DNA from: Phoronis australis
Lineage: Eukaryota > Animalia > Phoronida
Assembly (NCBI GenBank): GCA_002633005.1
Contig: NMRA01000011.1
Span: 175,451 to 239,450 of the forward strand
Length of the DNA stretch: 64,000 nucleotides
Direction: 5' to 3'
Shown here: in pieces, positions 38,671-52,170 of the stretch
Layout of the letters: every line of letters begins with the position of its first letter
Position numbering within the stretch: the stretch's first letter is position 1
Made by a program: the position numbers and the translations under genes
Notes under the pieces: generated by a model
What the model was told of the DNA's origin: nothing
What the model saw: the letters and a program-made list of their open reading frames with translations, nothing else
The model's database searches: none

Positions 38671-39492
38671 AATGAATTACCTAATTTTATTTGATAAATC
38701 GGCAAGATGAAATCCCATAAACGCTCTACATTTTTGTAACGTGTCATTGCCATTCAATATTCCCTTGTACATGTGTATTTTAAATAGTAATTGACTTGGT
38801 TGCGTGTAAGTGAAATCCCAAAGGCCCCATTTTTCAGATTTTTTGGCGACATCGATTAAATATTTTCTTGATTATTGTTTAAGAATACAGGTACACGGTA
38901 TAGGGGAATTTTGTGCCCAGATCAAAGTTCACGATTTAATTCGACTGAGGAGTTAACAGAAAATCCTTAATTTGAATTTTAGCCGTGTTATTCATTAAAC
39001 TAGGCTGGTGTCCACTAATTTTATAATCAAACGCCGGTGAACGGGTTTCACAACAATGAACTCGTCATATAAGATACTTGACAACTGAACGAATCTAATT
39101 CAAATTCATTGAATCATGAAAACTTGACAAATGCGTATCCTGATCTGTCCACAATTAGCCTGAGTCTTCTCTGTTTTCATTAAACAAACGGAAGGAATTG
39201 TACATGCAGACATGACAAGCATTTCCATACAAGTCGCGTGATACACGCCATTTACAGTCCACGATTTATGGCTGACGAGTTTATAATGTTTATCTTATTG
39301 CTACACAGGTAAGTCCTGATATCAACTTTAAATAAGTGCATTTTCGCTGATTGCAGTTCAAATTTTGTTTGACGTGTCTGCAAATTGAGCGTACACTTAT
39401 GCCGATTTCCCACCAACGTTAGCAACGGTTAAACGGTTGCGTATTCCGTTGACTTGAAGACACTCACAACCAATGAAGTTAGCGAAGGTTTT

Positions 39493-39967
39493 CACGTGCC
39501 ACCCGTTCCAAACGCCGTAACACCATTCAAGAGTCTGATAAACGCAAGCCCTTACAGGCTTGCAGCTCACTGTAATATGCTACTACAATACATTATACAC
39601 CGTAACACTCTTCGACGAGTCCCACATGCATGTTACAGTGCGCTCCAGGATCAAGTCGATGTTTACACTTGTTGCTAAGATTTTGGCTTATATTAAGCTT
39701 CGAGACTAGTGGCAATCTGTATTTTGCGACGAATTTACAAAGTGGCAGCCTCAGGTGAAAGTACCGCAGTCCCAGAACTCTTAGGTCTCGCGACTTTACA
39801 CATGTTGTCGTTGCTCAAAGAAAAGGCCGTCTCATTATGGGCTTTTTAAAGAGTGTAACAGTGTATAATGTATTGTAGTAATATATTACAGTGAGCTGCA
39901 AGCATGTAGCGGCTTGCATTTAATAGACTCTTGAATGATGTTACGGCGTTTGGAACGGGTGCAGGTG
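39493..39967. mobile_element. Foldback MITE with TIRs of about 120 bp
   Basis: 39493-39612 is a close reverse complement of 39849-39967. Confidence 0.85.
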
Positions 39968-40734
39968 CTTCGTTGGTAATGCATGAATTTCTTGGATGGG
40001 CGTTTATGGAATGTAATTCAGAGCACGGGACCTAATCTCTGTACTCAAACCTCGACTCGAATCAAATTTGACCAATTAAGTTGCTCGTTTCTAGTGATAT
40101 TACAAATTTATTCTCCAATCAAGAGAAATGTATGGGTTTCAAAGCTGGCTTTTAGTCTGGAGACAAGACTTTGGGCCCTGACTTCACCAACAAGCAGTGA
40201 ATCCTTCGTTTTACTGGAAATTCGTGGAGCCATGAGTCAAAAACTGCATTGTATGTTTATGACCTGTGAGATGTTAAGTTGTGAGAATAAACAGTCATCA
40301 AGAATGCGGAAGAGCGTTAACATAGATTGAAATGATTTTATCTTCAAGATGAAAAACACAATTTTACGGGTGCGTGCTTAAAAGTTTCTTTGCTACGTCT
40401 TTGGAATTTGAGTTGAATCATACTAATATGCGTCATTGTGCGGTAATCTATTTAATTAAATAAAAATATATCTTTTGTTGGAGCAATGTAAAACAAGCAT
40501 ACGTGCAGGGCAACGTTACCATTTCGTTTCCATGACCCGTAGTCTCGGTTATAGCAGTTGCGCTTCTTGCCAGCTCTCGTTGTTAATACGTGTACCATGC
40601 AGATATATACATGCATAAGTGAGTAAAATTCTGCGCACACTGATCGATCTCACGAGTAATTAAATTGTGGATATAGACAGAATTTTAATTACATACCACT
40701 GCGTTTAATACCGTCTTCAAATAGTTGTGGTAGC

Positions 40735-40792
40735 GATTGTGGGCGGTGGTGGTGCGGTGTTTATGGTGGTGGTATTTGAGGTGGTGGTGATG
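40735..40792. repeat. Degenerate (GGT)n microsatellite
   Basis: Directly visible. Confidence 0.7.
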
Positions 40793-41649
40793 TACATGTA
40801 CATGTAGATAGGACACCATTGTGACATTTGGAACTTGAGTAGATTGTGTGACTGAAAAAGATTAATGTAGAACACTTTCACGTAAATGATGTTATGGCTT
40901 TAGTTTTCTAGTTCATCACAGCAAAATACCACAACATCTGATTTTGTAGTTGCCCGCATGTTTATTATCTAAAGAAACGTTACGTTGATCGTGTTCCACG
41001 CATGTTCGTATTTTGGGTTTGCTATTTAATTCGTTTGGCTGATTTGATGTTGCGTCTCTGGCAATGTGGACCATCGACACTGCACTAATCGGTTACGTAA
41101 ACATGCGAGAGTTTAGCAGATGTCAACCAAACAACCGTTGCGTTGAATTGTATCAATAATTTGCAGCAAGAGTTACGCAAAAATCGTTTACCCGGCTACT
41201 AATGCAACTGCTGCTTTTGAGGTGGGGGTCATGCAATATACGTATTTTGCTGTTTGTGGTCAATATTTCAATTATTTTTGATAAGCATTCCCTTTGCTTG
41301 ATTTTGCATCCGTCAGACCACCATCCAAACATTCAATTGTTTTATTTATTTGGAAGCATCTTAGTTTGAATTTAAAAACTTGGTTGCACGTTATCGCAAC
41401 GTGTATCAAGGTGTTAAAATATGTTATGAAGAAGCAATCAGTATCAACGGGGTCATGCTAACAAAATCCGTCGGCAAATGAAAACTATAGAAATCTGCAC
41501 TTGACACCGGCGATCTGGTCGCCCAGTGACACTCCGTCATTTGAGATTTACCGCGAACTCGAAAATGAAATTCATTAACAAACGATTGGATAACAAGGCC
41601 CTCTGATCGGTTGTGCTTTGAGTGTGTTTGGCAAGCAAACTTTTATCAA

Positions 41650-42010
41650 GCGGGTATATGAAGTCATGCAATATGTGCAAATCTGGAATTTCCGTGACAA
41701 GACTTTAAACGTTTCAGAAGGTTACACCAAAGCCGTATCAAATCCAAACACGTTTCCACATTGCCTGTTGAACCTTGCCTGTTGTATGCATAGACCTCTC
41801 TCAACTATATGTAGTCAGAAATCAGCAAGTCGAAATATTTTCGACCGGAGTCTCCGTCGACTTTGGCCGACTTAGCATCAGCAGTGGGCGACGGCCTAGT
41901 TCCTAGAAATAATTTAAGATAGAATACTTGATATATGAGCAAATAGTAGTCTGTAGTTTAATTAATGAGACTAAAAGTACAAGGAAGAATTTTGTTATTT
42001 CGTCAGATGC
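41650..42010 (-). pseudogene. Decayed vWA domain
   Basis: EITKFFLVLLVSLIKLQTTICSYIKYS, then KIFRLADF*...CIQQARFN...DTAL. Confidence 0.45.
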
Positions 42011-42840
42011 GTTCGCATTGTCTACTACCGATGGACAACATAACTCAGCGAGAGACGAACACCGAGTGACCAGCAGGCCTTGAATAGCTGAAATTCGTGA
42101 GACCGGAAAATGGGCCATTATCCTGACACTAGAATAGTTTCAAAACCGCAGATGTTCCTCAAATACAATGTAAGGAACAGTTTACCACACTATTCGCCGT
42201 TAAACACCACATTTTAGCTACTGTAGCTGCTGTTTTCGATCAATTAACCGAGGTTTTTGTTCTTATAGCCAAAAATGAATAACAGTTGCTAAGTTTTACA
42301 CACTAATATGTTTTGTCTAATAATTAGAATTGAGCAAGTGAACGGTTTAATAGCAATTACTCTCAGAGACCCCGTAAATGTGGTGACCGCGCAGTAAAAT
42401 TAAGCGCAGTTGAGCGTTATTACAATTTCGATGAGGAGAGCAGTTCGTTTCATCTATGTAACTGTTTGAGCACTGGGGATCCTTACACTGAACAACGTAG
42501 GCAACACGTGATTTATTGCAGCAGTTGGTGTGCTTGACAAAAGACGGTTACATGCACAGGCGTCCTCAGCTTCTGATCGTCCCCAATACACTACATATAA
42601 TACTACAAGGTATGACACTCCCGACTAGAAATTCCACGGGTGCTTCACTTCAGCCGGGGGCATAGCAAACATAAAACTCAATAAATTTACACAAAACAGG
42701 GGTTCAACAAACCAGGAAGAATTGTTCTTTCTCCCAATACCATTCACGGTGTCCTGTTACGGCGACTTCGTAAGAAATTCGCAGTCAAAGAACAAAAATA
42801 TTCACAAAAAGCCCCCACACACGTCCTCCCTGGGCCCGTC

Positions 42841-42939
42841 GAGGTTAAGGACGGTACGGAAATTGCCGCTTTGTCGCGTAAAGTCACGATGTCGCTACTT
42901 CCGTAACTCACCGGCAATTTCCGTACCGTCCTAGACCTC
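42841..42939. mobile_element. 99-bp hairpin / mini-MITE
   Basis: 28-bp arms GAGGTTAAGGACGGTACGGAAATTGCCG / CGGCAATTTCCGTACCGTCCTAGACCTC. Confidence 0.8.
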
Positions 42940-43033
42940 AATGCTTAGTGGTGATGATTATGATTGCCATGATGATGATAACAATGAAGAGGTGATGGTA
43001 ATGATGATGTTGTCCACATTGTTAAGGGTGATG

Positions 43034-43870
43034 TCATTGTCCTTGGCCTAATCCGGTGGTGTCCGGGTGTTTTTGAACGATTGACGTCAGTGGCGTCGTG
43101 GTTTCTGGCATTGTTGTTTTCAGCAACGGTCTGAGGTGTCTCAGTACAGTGGTGTCGTCAATGTTACCGGATTTGAGACCATTGTCGGTGCTTAAGTGTT
43201 GGAGACAGGGTTTTCTTCTTTGTTGATTTTGCCGCCTGTGTTGAAGCGGCACTGTAAGTGTCGTCGCCAATTCCGTGGTCTCTAAGGACATTTTTGCATT
43301 GCCAATGCTGACGTGAGAATTGTCGTCTGAGGAGGCACTGCTTTCGTTTTTACTTATGTACTCGTATATTCAGTAGGTTTTGCTAGTGTCGCCCCGTCAG
43401 AGCTCTTCACTTTTACTTTTACATTCTCTAGACTCGCAAACAGTGAGCAGTTTGCCCATATCTTCGTAAACGTAGTTTCTTGCGAGAAAATCGAGAAGTC
43501 GCAAGACCTCGCAAAACCACGCAATTGAAAAGTAAATGTTTCGAGGGAGTACTTGGGAGTTTGCTACCCTGTGTTAGCAAACTAAAGCGGTTTGTCGGCA
43601 AGGTTGGAATTTTGAATTGTGGGATAAGGAAGATTTTTTGCCGTGAGTGCAACCTAATGTCTTTCGGTGTATGGAACTCCAACAAGTTTTTTAACATGGT
43701 CGTGTAAGTCAAAAGTATCATTTAGCAGAAGCCCGATATGATTAGTAATATTCGTAGCAGCTAAGCTATAGCTGGTGCATTTAAAGTAGCATTATTGGCG
43801 AGAAAATGGATATTCTGTCAGTCCCAATGAGGAATCGTAATCATAACATTAGTGGTCGCTGTCCAATCGC
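43034..43870 (-). pseudogene. Decayed vWA domain followed by a Thr/Ser-rich tail
   Basis: NVMI-YDSSLGLTEYPFSRQ*...NHIGLLLNDTFDLHDH...AKNLPYPTIQNSNLADKPL*FA, then ETTELATTLTVP...TTMPETTTPLT. Confidence 0.5.
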
Positions 43871-44919
43871 TCTCATGATACGTCATATTATTTTAAGCGT
43901 ATTTAATGGGTAAAGTCACAAACCCTAATTGCATCGAATGACTGGCAACCACCTGTGAGAATTGGCAATATGTAATACAATCACAAAAACACAACGTATT
44001 TTCTCGGTTTTTACCTATGGCTAAAGCTAAGTAAACTGAGCGTGCCCCTTTAACTTATCGGAGAATATTGTAACGAGGGCAATTTGTGGTAGACGAAAAT
44101 AATGTGAGAAATGTGCCATATTAAATAAGCAGTTCCAAAGTTGTGGTTTTCGACAATTCTTTTGAAAGCATCAAATGGGAATGAAGGTTTCCTCTAATCT
44201 TGTGCACACCAAATAAAGTAATAGGATTTTGTACCTGCTAGTTTAAGCTAGCCTCTGTATCGGAATGGAAACTGTTGACGTATACCTCTTTAGCGACGTG
44301 AGAGTACGAAAGTGTCTTCCGCTTGACCCAATTTCTGATAGTTCCAACAAGCGCAGACAGGCCACAACCACCAATAGCTACTGATTCCACAACCCCACAA
44401 AGTCCACATAGCGGAAGTCCCTTGCATGACGCGTAGTAGAGGCTGTCCCAAAATAGCAATCCAATCAGAATACGCATACATTGCGTTCGAGTGAATGAAC
44501 ATCTATGAAAATGAATTGAAACTGTATTTGAATTCTTCTTGCATCCTTTTTGAGACGGACGAACAGACAGACAGACGATAGATACACAGACAGACAGATT
44601 AATACCTAGATAGTTTATTGAACCGTCGTGTGTGATAATACGATATAACTGGCTTGATTACATAATAAAGGCTAGGGGAATGCTTTGCGATTGCTTGTAT
44701 ATGAGAGCCACCTCTATAAGTATAGTAACGATCAATACCACTAAAGATGAAATAGATTAAGAAAACTCAACACTACAAAGAACAATTAAAGAAAAATACG
44801 CGTAAACGACAAGCCATTGTACGCTTAGTATTGAATTTGCTAACAACGGCTAGGTGCACTGGTAACTTAATTCATAAACACCCATAATGGCGAGAAAATA
44901 CCTTCACGCAACTTGGCTG

Positions 44920-45410
44920 TCTTTGAACGATTTGTCCACTGGTGGTCTAGTGTTAGGACTAAGAAAGTGTCTTGGTTTGTCGACGAGGTCGCTATCAACG
45001 TATGTTTCGCAGAAAGTAAACAAAATAACCCCATGTGTGGAGTTTTATGACTGTAGATTTCTCTCATTTTGTTCTTGTTTATCAACACGCATTATCAATT
45101 GATCTTGAATGCTGTTATATGTTTTATCAGCGACAGGAATTCTGAAGTTGTTGATCTGCATTACAAAGTTCTCCAAACGCATCTTAAACCATATTTTCGC
45201 TTCGTTCGCAACAAAAGTTTTTGAGACAAAGGTGGTGCACTGTTGTTTTGTTCCCACGCTCTGATTGACTGGAATAATCAGCTTGATTGACATGTCAGAA
45301 CCATCCATTCTGGTGTGGAAAACAGGCTTAGCTGACACGGACGAAAACGCAGTTTCTTCACTCAAAGATATTTTGGGACATTGGACGTTTTGTCCTTTAA
45401 GCTGTCTATT
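44920..45410 (-). pseudogene. Near-open frame, divergent vWA-like
   Basis: About 160 codons with one internal stop: IKLIIPVNQSVG...SKTFVAN...GVILFT. Confidence 0.45.
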
Positions 45411-45639
45411 ATCCTAATACGCTATGACAATACGATGGCATTATAATCGCATAGAATTAAAAAACGCCCGGAAATGTTACTAAAATTGACTTACATACAG
45501 GAGCGCCGAGGTTGTCAACCAACTTAAATTGTCTATCCATTCAGGGACAATGCATATTTTATCGTAGCTACATCAAAAAGTGCATTGTGTGTATTTCAAA
45601 TTCATGCAGATAAAGAGAAGAGAAATGGAGGGAGGCGGG

Positions 45640-45712
45640 GAGGCAGAGGCAGGGGTAGAGGCAGGGGTAGAGGAAGGGGTAGAGGTAAGGGTAGAGGCAG
45701 GGGTAGAGGCAT
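45640..45712. repeat. 12-bp minisatellite (GAGGCAGGGGTA)n
   Basis: About 5-6 copies visible. Confidence 0.9.
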
Positions 45713-46070
45713 AGAGAGAAACTGAGAGAGGGGGTATAGAATGAGACAGAATTGGAGGGCGAGATTTTACGTCAATTAAGGTATTTATAAGTCGTAAAAT
45801 GTGATTATAAAAAGAAGCATTGTCAAGTTATATGGTCTGGGATCTCCCAAACCAAACGCTGCTTCAGTGAATATCACACCTTACAAAGAGTATACAATGC
45901 GAATACACTATAAGCAGCGTATGTCCCATCTATCGACAACGAACCGGCGAGTGGTCGTCAACCGGTTGTCGACCAGTTGTCTTGATAAGCAGCGGTGTGC
46001 TGGGAGTCGTTAGCTGAGGTTCAAAAGCAAAAAAATCACCTGGATGAGGCACGACAACAAGCGTTTATGG

Positions 46071-46322
46071 TCAAAGGCTTGCATTAAAGCCAGAACTGCA
46101 ATTGGCTGTGCGGTCTGCTACCGGTTTGCTAAAAATTAGTGGGCTATTTTTTCTAGTAGACGACTGGTCTCCGATAACTTTCCGTGGCCTGTTTTGAGCA
46201 ACTGAAGCATATTGGGTGTGAATACTTAATTGTGATACAATACTCTTACTTCGACATTCCATATTACTGAAATGAAGATCTACACGGTCATTGCAGCTGG
46301 TCCTGGTTTTCGGATTTCGCAA
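46071..46322 (-). pseudogene. Decayed vWA domain (duplicated at 46919-47170)
   Basis: SCNDRVDLHF...SKSI...VIGDQSSTRKNSPLIFSKP. Confidence 0.65.
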
Positions 46323-46506
46323 AGCGTTTTATAAGAAGTGGTATTTGACTACTGTTTATTTTTATATGTAGTTCGTGTTACCACGTGTCTTGCACCCACA
46401 TCAATCATATATGCTCTTCCTGCTGTAAACGCCAGTTATAACTTTAACATGAACATGTAGTTATAACCACTTCTATCACCGATTTTGTGTACATGTACAC
46501 GTTCGT

Positions 46507-46771
46507 CATGGGCGTACGCAGGGGGCTCGGGGCTCCTCCGAGAGGCCCCCAATTTGGCGAATCGGGCAAAAAGGTCCGCCTCAGTGAAACAAGAAGTCCG
46601 AGTTAGCGAGACAAAAGTCAACAAAATCCACGGGAAGTCGGCGAGGATGCACAATTCGTGGGCCTGAACCTAGTGGACCCGATTTTTAGTCCTCGTTGAT
46701 TTTTTTTTCAGTAAAAGGTCCGCATATCGAAAAATTCGAGCCCCCTATATTTTAGGCTGGGTGCGCGCATG
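46507..46771. mobile_element. GC-rich MITE (duplicate at 47355-47619)
   Basis: TIR CATGGGCGTACGCAG / CTGGGTGCGCGCATG. Flanks TTCGT / CTCGT suggest a 5-bp TSD with one mismatch. Confidence 0.7.
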
Positions 46772-47844
46772 CTCGTAGAGAGATATGTTTCTGTGTACTC
46801 TTTAGAGTAATTCATTCGAGGATGCTGAACGTGACACAATACGCCGTGCTGACTTTTGCCACACGAAAGTGAAGNCAAAAAAATCACCTGGATGAGGCAC
46901 GACAACAAGTGTTTATGGTCAAAGGCTTGCATTGAAGCCAGAACTGCAATTGGCTGTGCGGTCTGCTACCGGTTTGCTAAAAATTAGTCGGCTATTTTTT
47001 CTAGTAGACGACTGGTCTCCGATAACTTTCCGTGGCCTGTTTTGAGCAACTGAAGCATATTGGGTGTGAATACTTAATTGTGATACAATACTCTTACTTC
47101 GACATTTCATATTACTGAAATGAAGATCTACACGGTCATTGCAGCTGGTCCTGGTTTTCGGATTTCGCAAAGCGTTTTATATGAAGTGGTATTTGACTAC
47201 TGTTTATTTTTACATGTAGTTCGTGTTACCACGTGTCTTGCACCCACATCAATCATATATGCTCTTCCTGCTGTAAACGCCAGTTATAACTTTAACATGA
47301 ACATGTAGTTATAACCACTTCTATCACCGATTTTGTGTACATGTACACGTTCGTCATGGGCGTACGCAGGGGGCTCGGGGCTCCTCCGAGAGGCCCCCAA
47401 TTTGGCGAATCGGGCAAAAAGGTACGCCTCAGTGAAACAAGAAGTCCGAGTTAGCGAGACAAAAGTCAACAAAATCCACGGGAAGTCGGCGAGGATGCAC
47501 AATTCGTGGGCCTGAACCTAGTGGACCCGATTTTTAGTCCTCGTTGATTTTTTTTTCAGTAAAAGGTCCGCATATCGAAAAATTCGAGCCCCCTATATTT
47601 TAGGCTGGGTGCGCGCATGCTCGTAGAGAGATATGTTTCTGTGTACTCTTTAGAGTAATTCATTCGAGGATGCTGAACGTGACACAATACGCCGTGCTGA
47701 CTTTTGCCACACGAAAGTGAAGACTCCAATGTGTGACGGCCTTTCCTAATAAAAGTGATAACATGGTTTTACGATAACACGCGTCGAGGCTGCCAATTAA
47801 CATCCTTTTCACAATCTCCATGTGAATCGTGTGAAACACCATGA

Positions 47845-48060
47845 TCACGTGACATACGTGTCAAAGTAAAGGTATATTAATGGGTAGTGAAATGAAGCAT
47901 TCTCAACAGACCCTCTGACTGTATTCAAACTTTCAATAGAGATCAGAAGTTCACATTTAAATGAGGCGTTTCCGTCAATTTCCGACTGCACGTTTGATAT
48001 GCAAACAACTGTTTGGGTAATTGTAAATACCATTTGCAGAGAAAACATTCACATGCATCT
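47845..48060 (-). pseudogene. Decayed vWA domain
   Basis: ITQTVVCISNVQSEIDGNASFKCELLISIESLNTVRGS. Confidence 0.6.
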
Positions 48061-48449
48061 GATCAATAAGGACAAAACGCAAACCGTTCAAAAAGCTGTT
48101 TCAATTATAACACAATCACAATCTGTTGTACATGTATTTTGGAATGCAAATAGCAGACATTTGATGTTTAATGTGAAAATCCGAGGCTTTGCCTACCCCG
48201 TTTCTCCTTTCCATCAATGAGGCGAACAAGCTTTCTGCCTGATAATAAAATATGGAGATATTATCGAGGTTTTTTGAAGTTCGTGGTGCCTGCTGTTTTG
48301 CCTCCAGGCTTGCGTTCTGTAAAGGTGAGAATATACTGAACATAGAACACACACGTTTCTTTTGCGAGATATATCGTCATGTGATAAAAGCAAAGAAGTG
48401 ATCACGCTAGCTTCTCTAGCGAGATTCTTGCGCCTGCGAATCTACCCAG

Positions 48450-48597
48450 CCTCCCGTTCAGTAACGCTAGGACCTCGTTAAAAGCAAGACCCCGCGAGAT
48501 TACGTGAGATATTGCCGTGTATTTTCAAGGGAACACTTGAATTTGGCTAGATTTAAGCTCCGTCCTAGCGTAGGTCCTAGCGTTACTGAACTCACGC
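48450..48597. mobile_element. Short Harbinger-like MITE (partial reverse copy at about 60597-60696)
   Basis: Inverted repeat GTTCAGTAACGCTAGGACCT / AGGTCCTAGCGTTACTGAAC with CAG on both sides. Confidence 0.75.
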
Positions 48598-48711
48598 CAG
48601 GTGTCAGCAGTACACACGTCATCAGTCACCGTTCACCAATCTGAAGCTTATTTGCAACTACAGCGACTACGCTGCTACATGTAGCATATTTGTCGTTCAG
48701 AAGTCTGCAGA

Positions 48712-48939
48712 CTAAGTACTCGGCTTATAGGGCGACGATTCTCGAAATGTTTTCCTTCTGATCAACGCATTTACATGCATCCACGTAACACATATATCGA
48801 TGTTATCTAAAAGTTCTGCACTCAGTGATCCGATTGAACAAGGTGTTCTTAAGGAAAGTCTAGTGCAGTATGACATAACCAACGTGTTTTCAGCTGTGTT
48901 TAGGCAATAATAAACGCCCCGTAAAGTTATAACTGACAT
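48712..48939 (-). pseudogene. Decayed vWA fragment
   Basis: AENTLVMSYCT...SAELLDNID. Confidence 0.45.
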
Positions 48940-49169
48940 TTGGACTTTTAAATCTTTAAATTACTGAGTTTTCTTGAGCAATTCCATATCTTATGGTTAG
49001 TAATGCAGCGTATATCCGACTCTCTGCCTAGGTCAGTGGTGTGTGTCTGTCCTGAGTTGACAGAGTATTACAGGCGTCGGCGCCATGGAACCAAAGCAAA
49101 GACGCAATGTCAATTGAGCTAAGGTTCTGGGTTTTGATCATCACACTTTTTATTTCTGACCAACGGAGC

Positions 49170-49540
49170 TCATTTGGTCTGAAATATCGTAGTTCATTTC
49201 TACTTTTCTTTGACGACAGGAATCTTTAAAGTTCCCAATAGCAAAGTCATGATCTTATGAGGATTCAACACTTTTTCCCAGGGCCTTTGCATGGCATGAT
49301 CCAGGAAACAGAAGTATATTTACCTATATTGCGTACTCTCCCATTCACTTGAGACAATTGAAATTGTTTCCTGGTTCACACACTGAGGTTTCTATCGTTT
49401 CTTCGCGGATGTCTAATATTTTTGAGAATTTCTGTTACAGACAGACAAATGCTATGTTACTTTTATTTAGGCCAATTAACGTCACAAAACTTGTCTCGAA
49501 TTTTTCCTGTTTATTTCCAGCGCTCATCCGACCAAACACG
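49170..49540 (-). pseudogene. Decayed vWA domain
   Basis: EKFETSFVTLIGLNKSNIAFVCL*QKFS, RNIGK, FAIG, NELRY. Confidence 0.45.
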
Positions 49541-50394
49541 TGACTAGTTTGACGCAGACACTCACACACACTCATTTCGAAGACTTACAGTAAATTTCGT
49601 AATTCTAGAATCTTTGTTCAGATGAATATTGCGCAAAATAATTCCATAACAGTAATAACAAAGAGCGTTGAGGATCTAAAGTGTTTCGTGCAAGACATAA
49701 AACGTCTCGGTAAAACAAATTGTGAATATACATTTAGGTAATGTTTTTATACGACCGTTTGAAAACGACTTTTATCACGTTTACAGTTATATTGATATTG
49801 TTTAAAAGTGGCTGCTATTGGGAATATTCATTCCTCTCAATGTCTCGATTTCCTACTTCTGACCAAAATACATTTGCAATTATTTGGACCCAAGCCGTAA
49901 TCCGCACCGCCAAGTTTTGTCCACACCGATGACACTTAGCTATGGTATAACAGCAATTTTTTCAAAAAAATGTCTTTGATTGAAATAAATCTATGGAACC
50001 TGAAAGCTTAAGGTATTAGATGAAGGATTCAATATGAATCATTTGGAAACACACTCTTGAAGAGTTACGTATCACGTTAGTCCATTTCATTTTGTTATTT
50101 ATGACGACCTAGACACCCGCTGAAAAATTATTATTCAAGGCGTTTAGTTGATTGTCAGGATGGCAATTCGGATGTTTAGTGATGACGTGTCGTGGCAGTA
50201 GATGACGCAATTTAGACCCGGAAATAAGAATAGACATGCTGTCACATTGAGTCCAAAACGTTTGACGCCATGCTAAACATTCCTCGGAGAAACTGGACTA
50301 GCTTCGGCAGCTGGAGAAATTTATTATATTGTTAGGAAGTTTATGATTTTTAAACCAGGGCCCAAAGTCTAATATTCTAGCCTGAACTAATCAA

Positions 50395-50635
50395 ATTCGA
50401 AATTATCCTAGACATTCTCTCTTCTTTTTAAGTACGAACTCTTGATTGTATTATCATGATTTACGGGAATGAATATCCAGTCCTCATTCGCCCTTGATGA
50501 CCCCAGTGAACTGAAATCGAATTCAAATTATCCTTGAGACTCTCTCTTCTACTTAAGTACGAACTCTTGATTGTACTATGGTTAACGAGAATGAATATCT
50601 TCTTGTTGTCCTCATTCGTACTTGATGACCCCAGC
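50395..50635. repeat. Two-copy direct repeat of about 125 bp inside a Harbinger-like MITE remnant
   Basis: AAATTATCCT...TTAAGTACGAACTCTTGATTGTA...CTTGATGACCCCAG occurs twice. Preceded by CAG|GGCCCAAAGTCT, which mirrors AGACTTTGGGCC|CTG near 40166-40180. Confidence 0.7.
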
Positions 50636-51799
50636 ATGAAAGCTATAAGTTAGGACTGTCAATGAAATGCATGAGGTCATGGTTTTGTGCCCGGTTGCAT
50701 GAAACACTCCCCAATAGGGACTCAACTAAGTCCCCTAAACCTGCTGTGTATTTGTGGGCTTGTGAAAACACGGATTGTCTTTTCTCATGCTGTAGAGTCT
50801 CAGTCCTAAGTCGTCTTTTGTCCATGATACAAATCGAGAGTGAATTCTACATTGAATTCTCAATAATAATCATTACTTGAAGAACAAGTAAAGACCATTT
50901 TTACGATGGTTCACATACATGTTAACAAAGGCTGAAATTAGATTTTTAACACGTTGGTCACTCTGGTGACTAATTCCTCAAGTCTTTGATATCAAATCTG
51001 CAGACGTTTTGACAATCTGCCCCGACGTACATTTTAGGGCGCGCGCGTGAAATCGTGTTATACTCTGCGTCTTATCCTTACACTTGAAATCGAACTAATT
51101 TTCCGTTCTACTTCATAACAAAGTCAAGATAAATGTCTAGTATTCTGTGCTCCAAGATAGTTATGGTTTATGCACATAAATATCCAATCCAAGTTACAGA
51201 ATACTTGATGATTCCTTATTTTAAGCAACGAAGTTGAGTAAACACTGGAGATATCGAGTTCAGACTCGAAATTTCGAGTTTACCCTGACACTTCATACAC
51301 TTTGGTGCCGTAGCCATCATGAGCAAGCTAGGATTATACAATCATCCACGATCACTATTAATATACCCGAGCACAGAATACTAATCACTCCGAGTCATCT
51401 TGACATCGGGGTGAAGCCGAATGGAAAATGCTTAAAACCATTTCCGAGCGCCCCTGGGCCCAGTTTTCATCAAGACTGACAGACTCCTTCAGTTGGCATC
51501 CTTCATTTTAGCAAAGGTGGGTATTTTGTTGACTCATTAACTGAGTACCGATTTCGACAAGTTGGGATATAAATTTAACTGCTCACTGTATTTAACAGTT
51601 CTTTGAAGTCGTATGCCGTCTTTTGTGATATGCGTTTGTGTCAGGCATATACACACGTGGTTTAGAGGCTTTTACGAAGAGTAAGCGTAACATGTTAACG
51701 TTTTAACTTCCCGTAAGTATCCCCACGAACCGAGTTGCTGCCATTGGTTAATTCCGAGACAAATACTATCAGTCGCGTTCAAATGTTCTTGTCCTGTAG

Positions 51800-52170
51800 A
51801 TTCCGGAAAAGTCCCCTAAAAGATGTCACTATCAATGAGATTTTGTACAATCCCGTCCCATTCTTCTATTCGGGGCTTACAGATCCGTGTAGAGCAGAGT
51901 AACCGTAAACCAAAGTTTCTTGTCAGTAAAGAGAGGCTACGCAAAATCATGGGAATGAAAGGCGAGTGTTCCGCATAAATGCTCGAGACCTATCTAACGT
52001 AAGTTACAAGAAAATTGCGACCACTGAATTGATTGGCTGTTCCTTCAGCAAAGATTTCTCGCCGCTAATGCATGGCGAACGTCTCGGGTTTACCCAAGAA
52101 TCTTGTGAAGCGTAGTTCCGCAAGATTTTACGACATACATTAATTACCACATTACAACTGAAGCAGGTAT
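51800..52170 (+). pseudogene. Possible decayed vWA exon (duplicated at about 53825-54195)
   Basis: Candidate acceptor ttgtcctgtag and donor CAG|GTAT. LSNVSYKKIATT and FLQQRFLAANAWR. Weak match. Confidence 0.3.

Larger units (their letters stand above)
46028..47722 (+). repeat. Tandem duplication 46028-46874 / 46876-47722 joined by a single N (probable artefact)
   Basis: Near-identical copies. N at 46875. Confidence 0.9.

Noticed and set aside
38880-41230. Additional faint vWA-like peptides (RFNSTEELT at ~38930, SKTALYV at ~40220, KIVYPATNATAAF at ~41180), plus similar ones near 11600, 15200, 21300 and 36640
   Set aside because: Single weak motifs that cannot be told from chance by eye, so left for an HMM search.
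44238-44477. Signal-peptide-like ORF MRILIGLLFW...
   Set aside because: A stop precedes the candidate splice donor, there is an Asp within the hydrophobic stretch, and there is no independent support.
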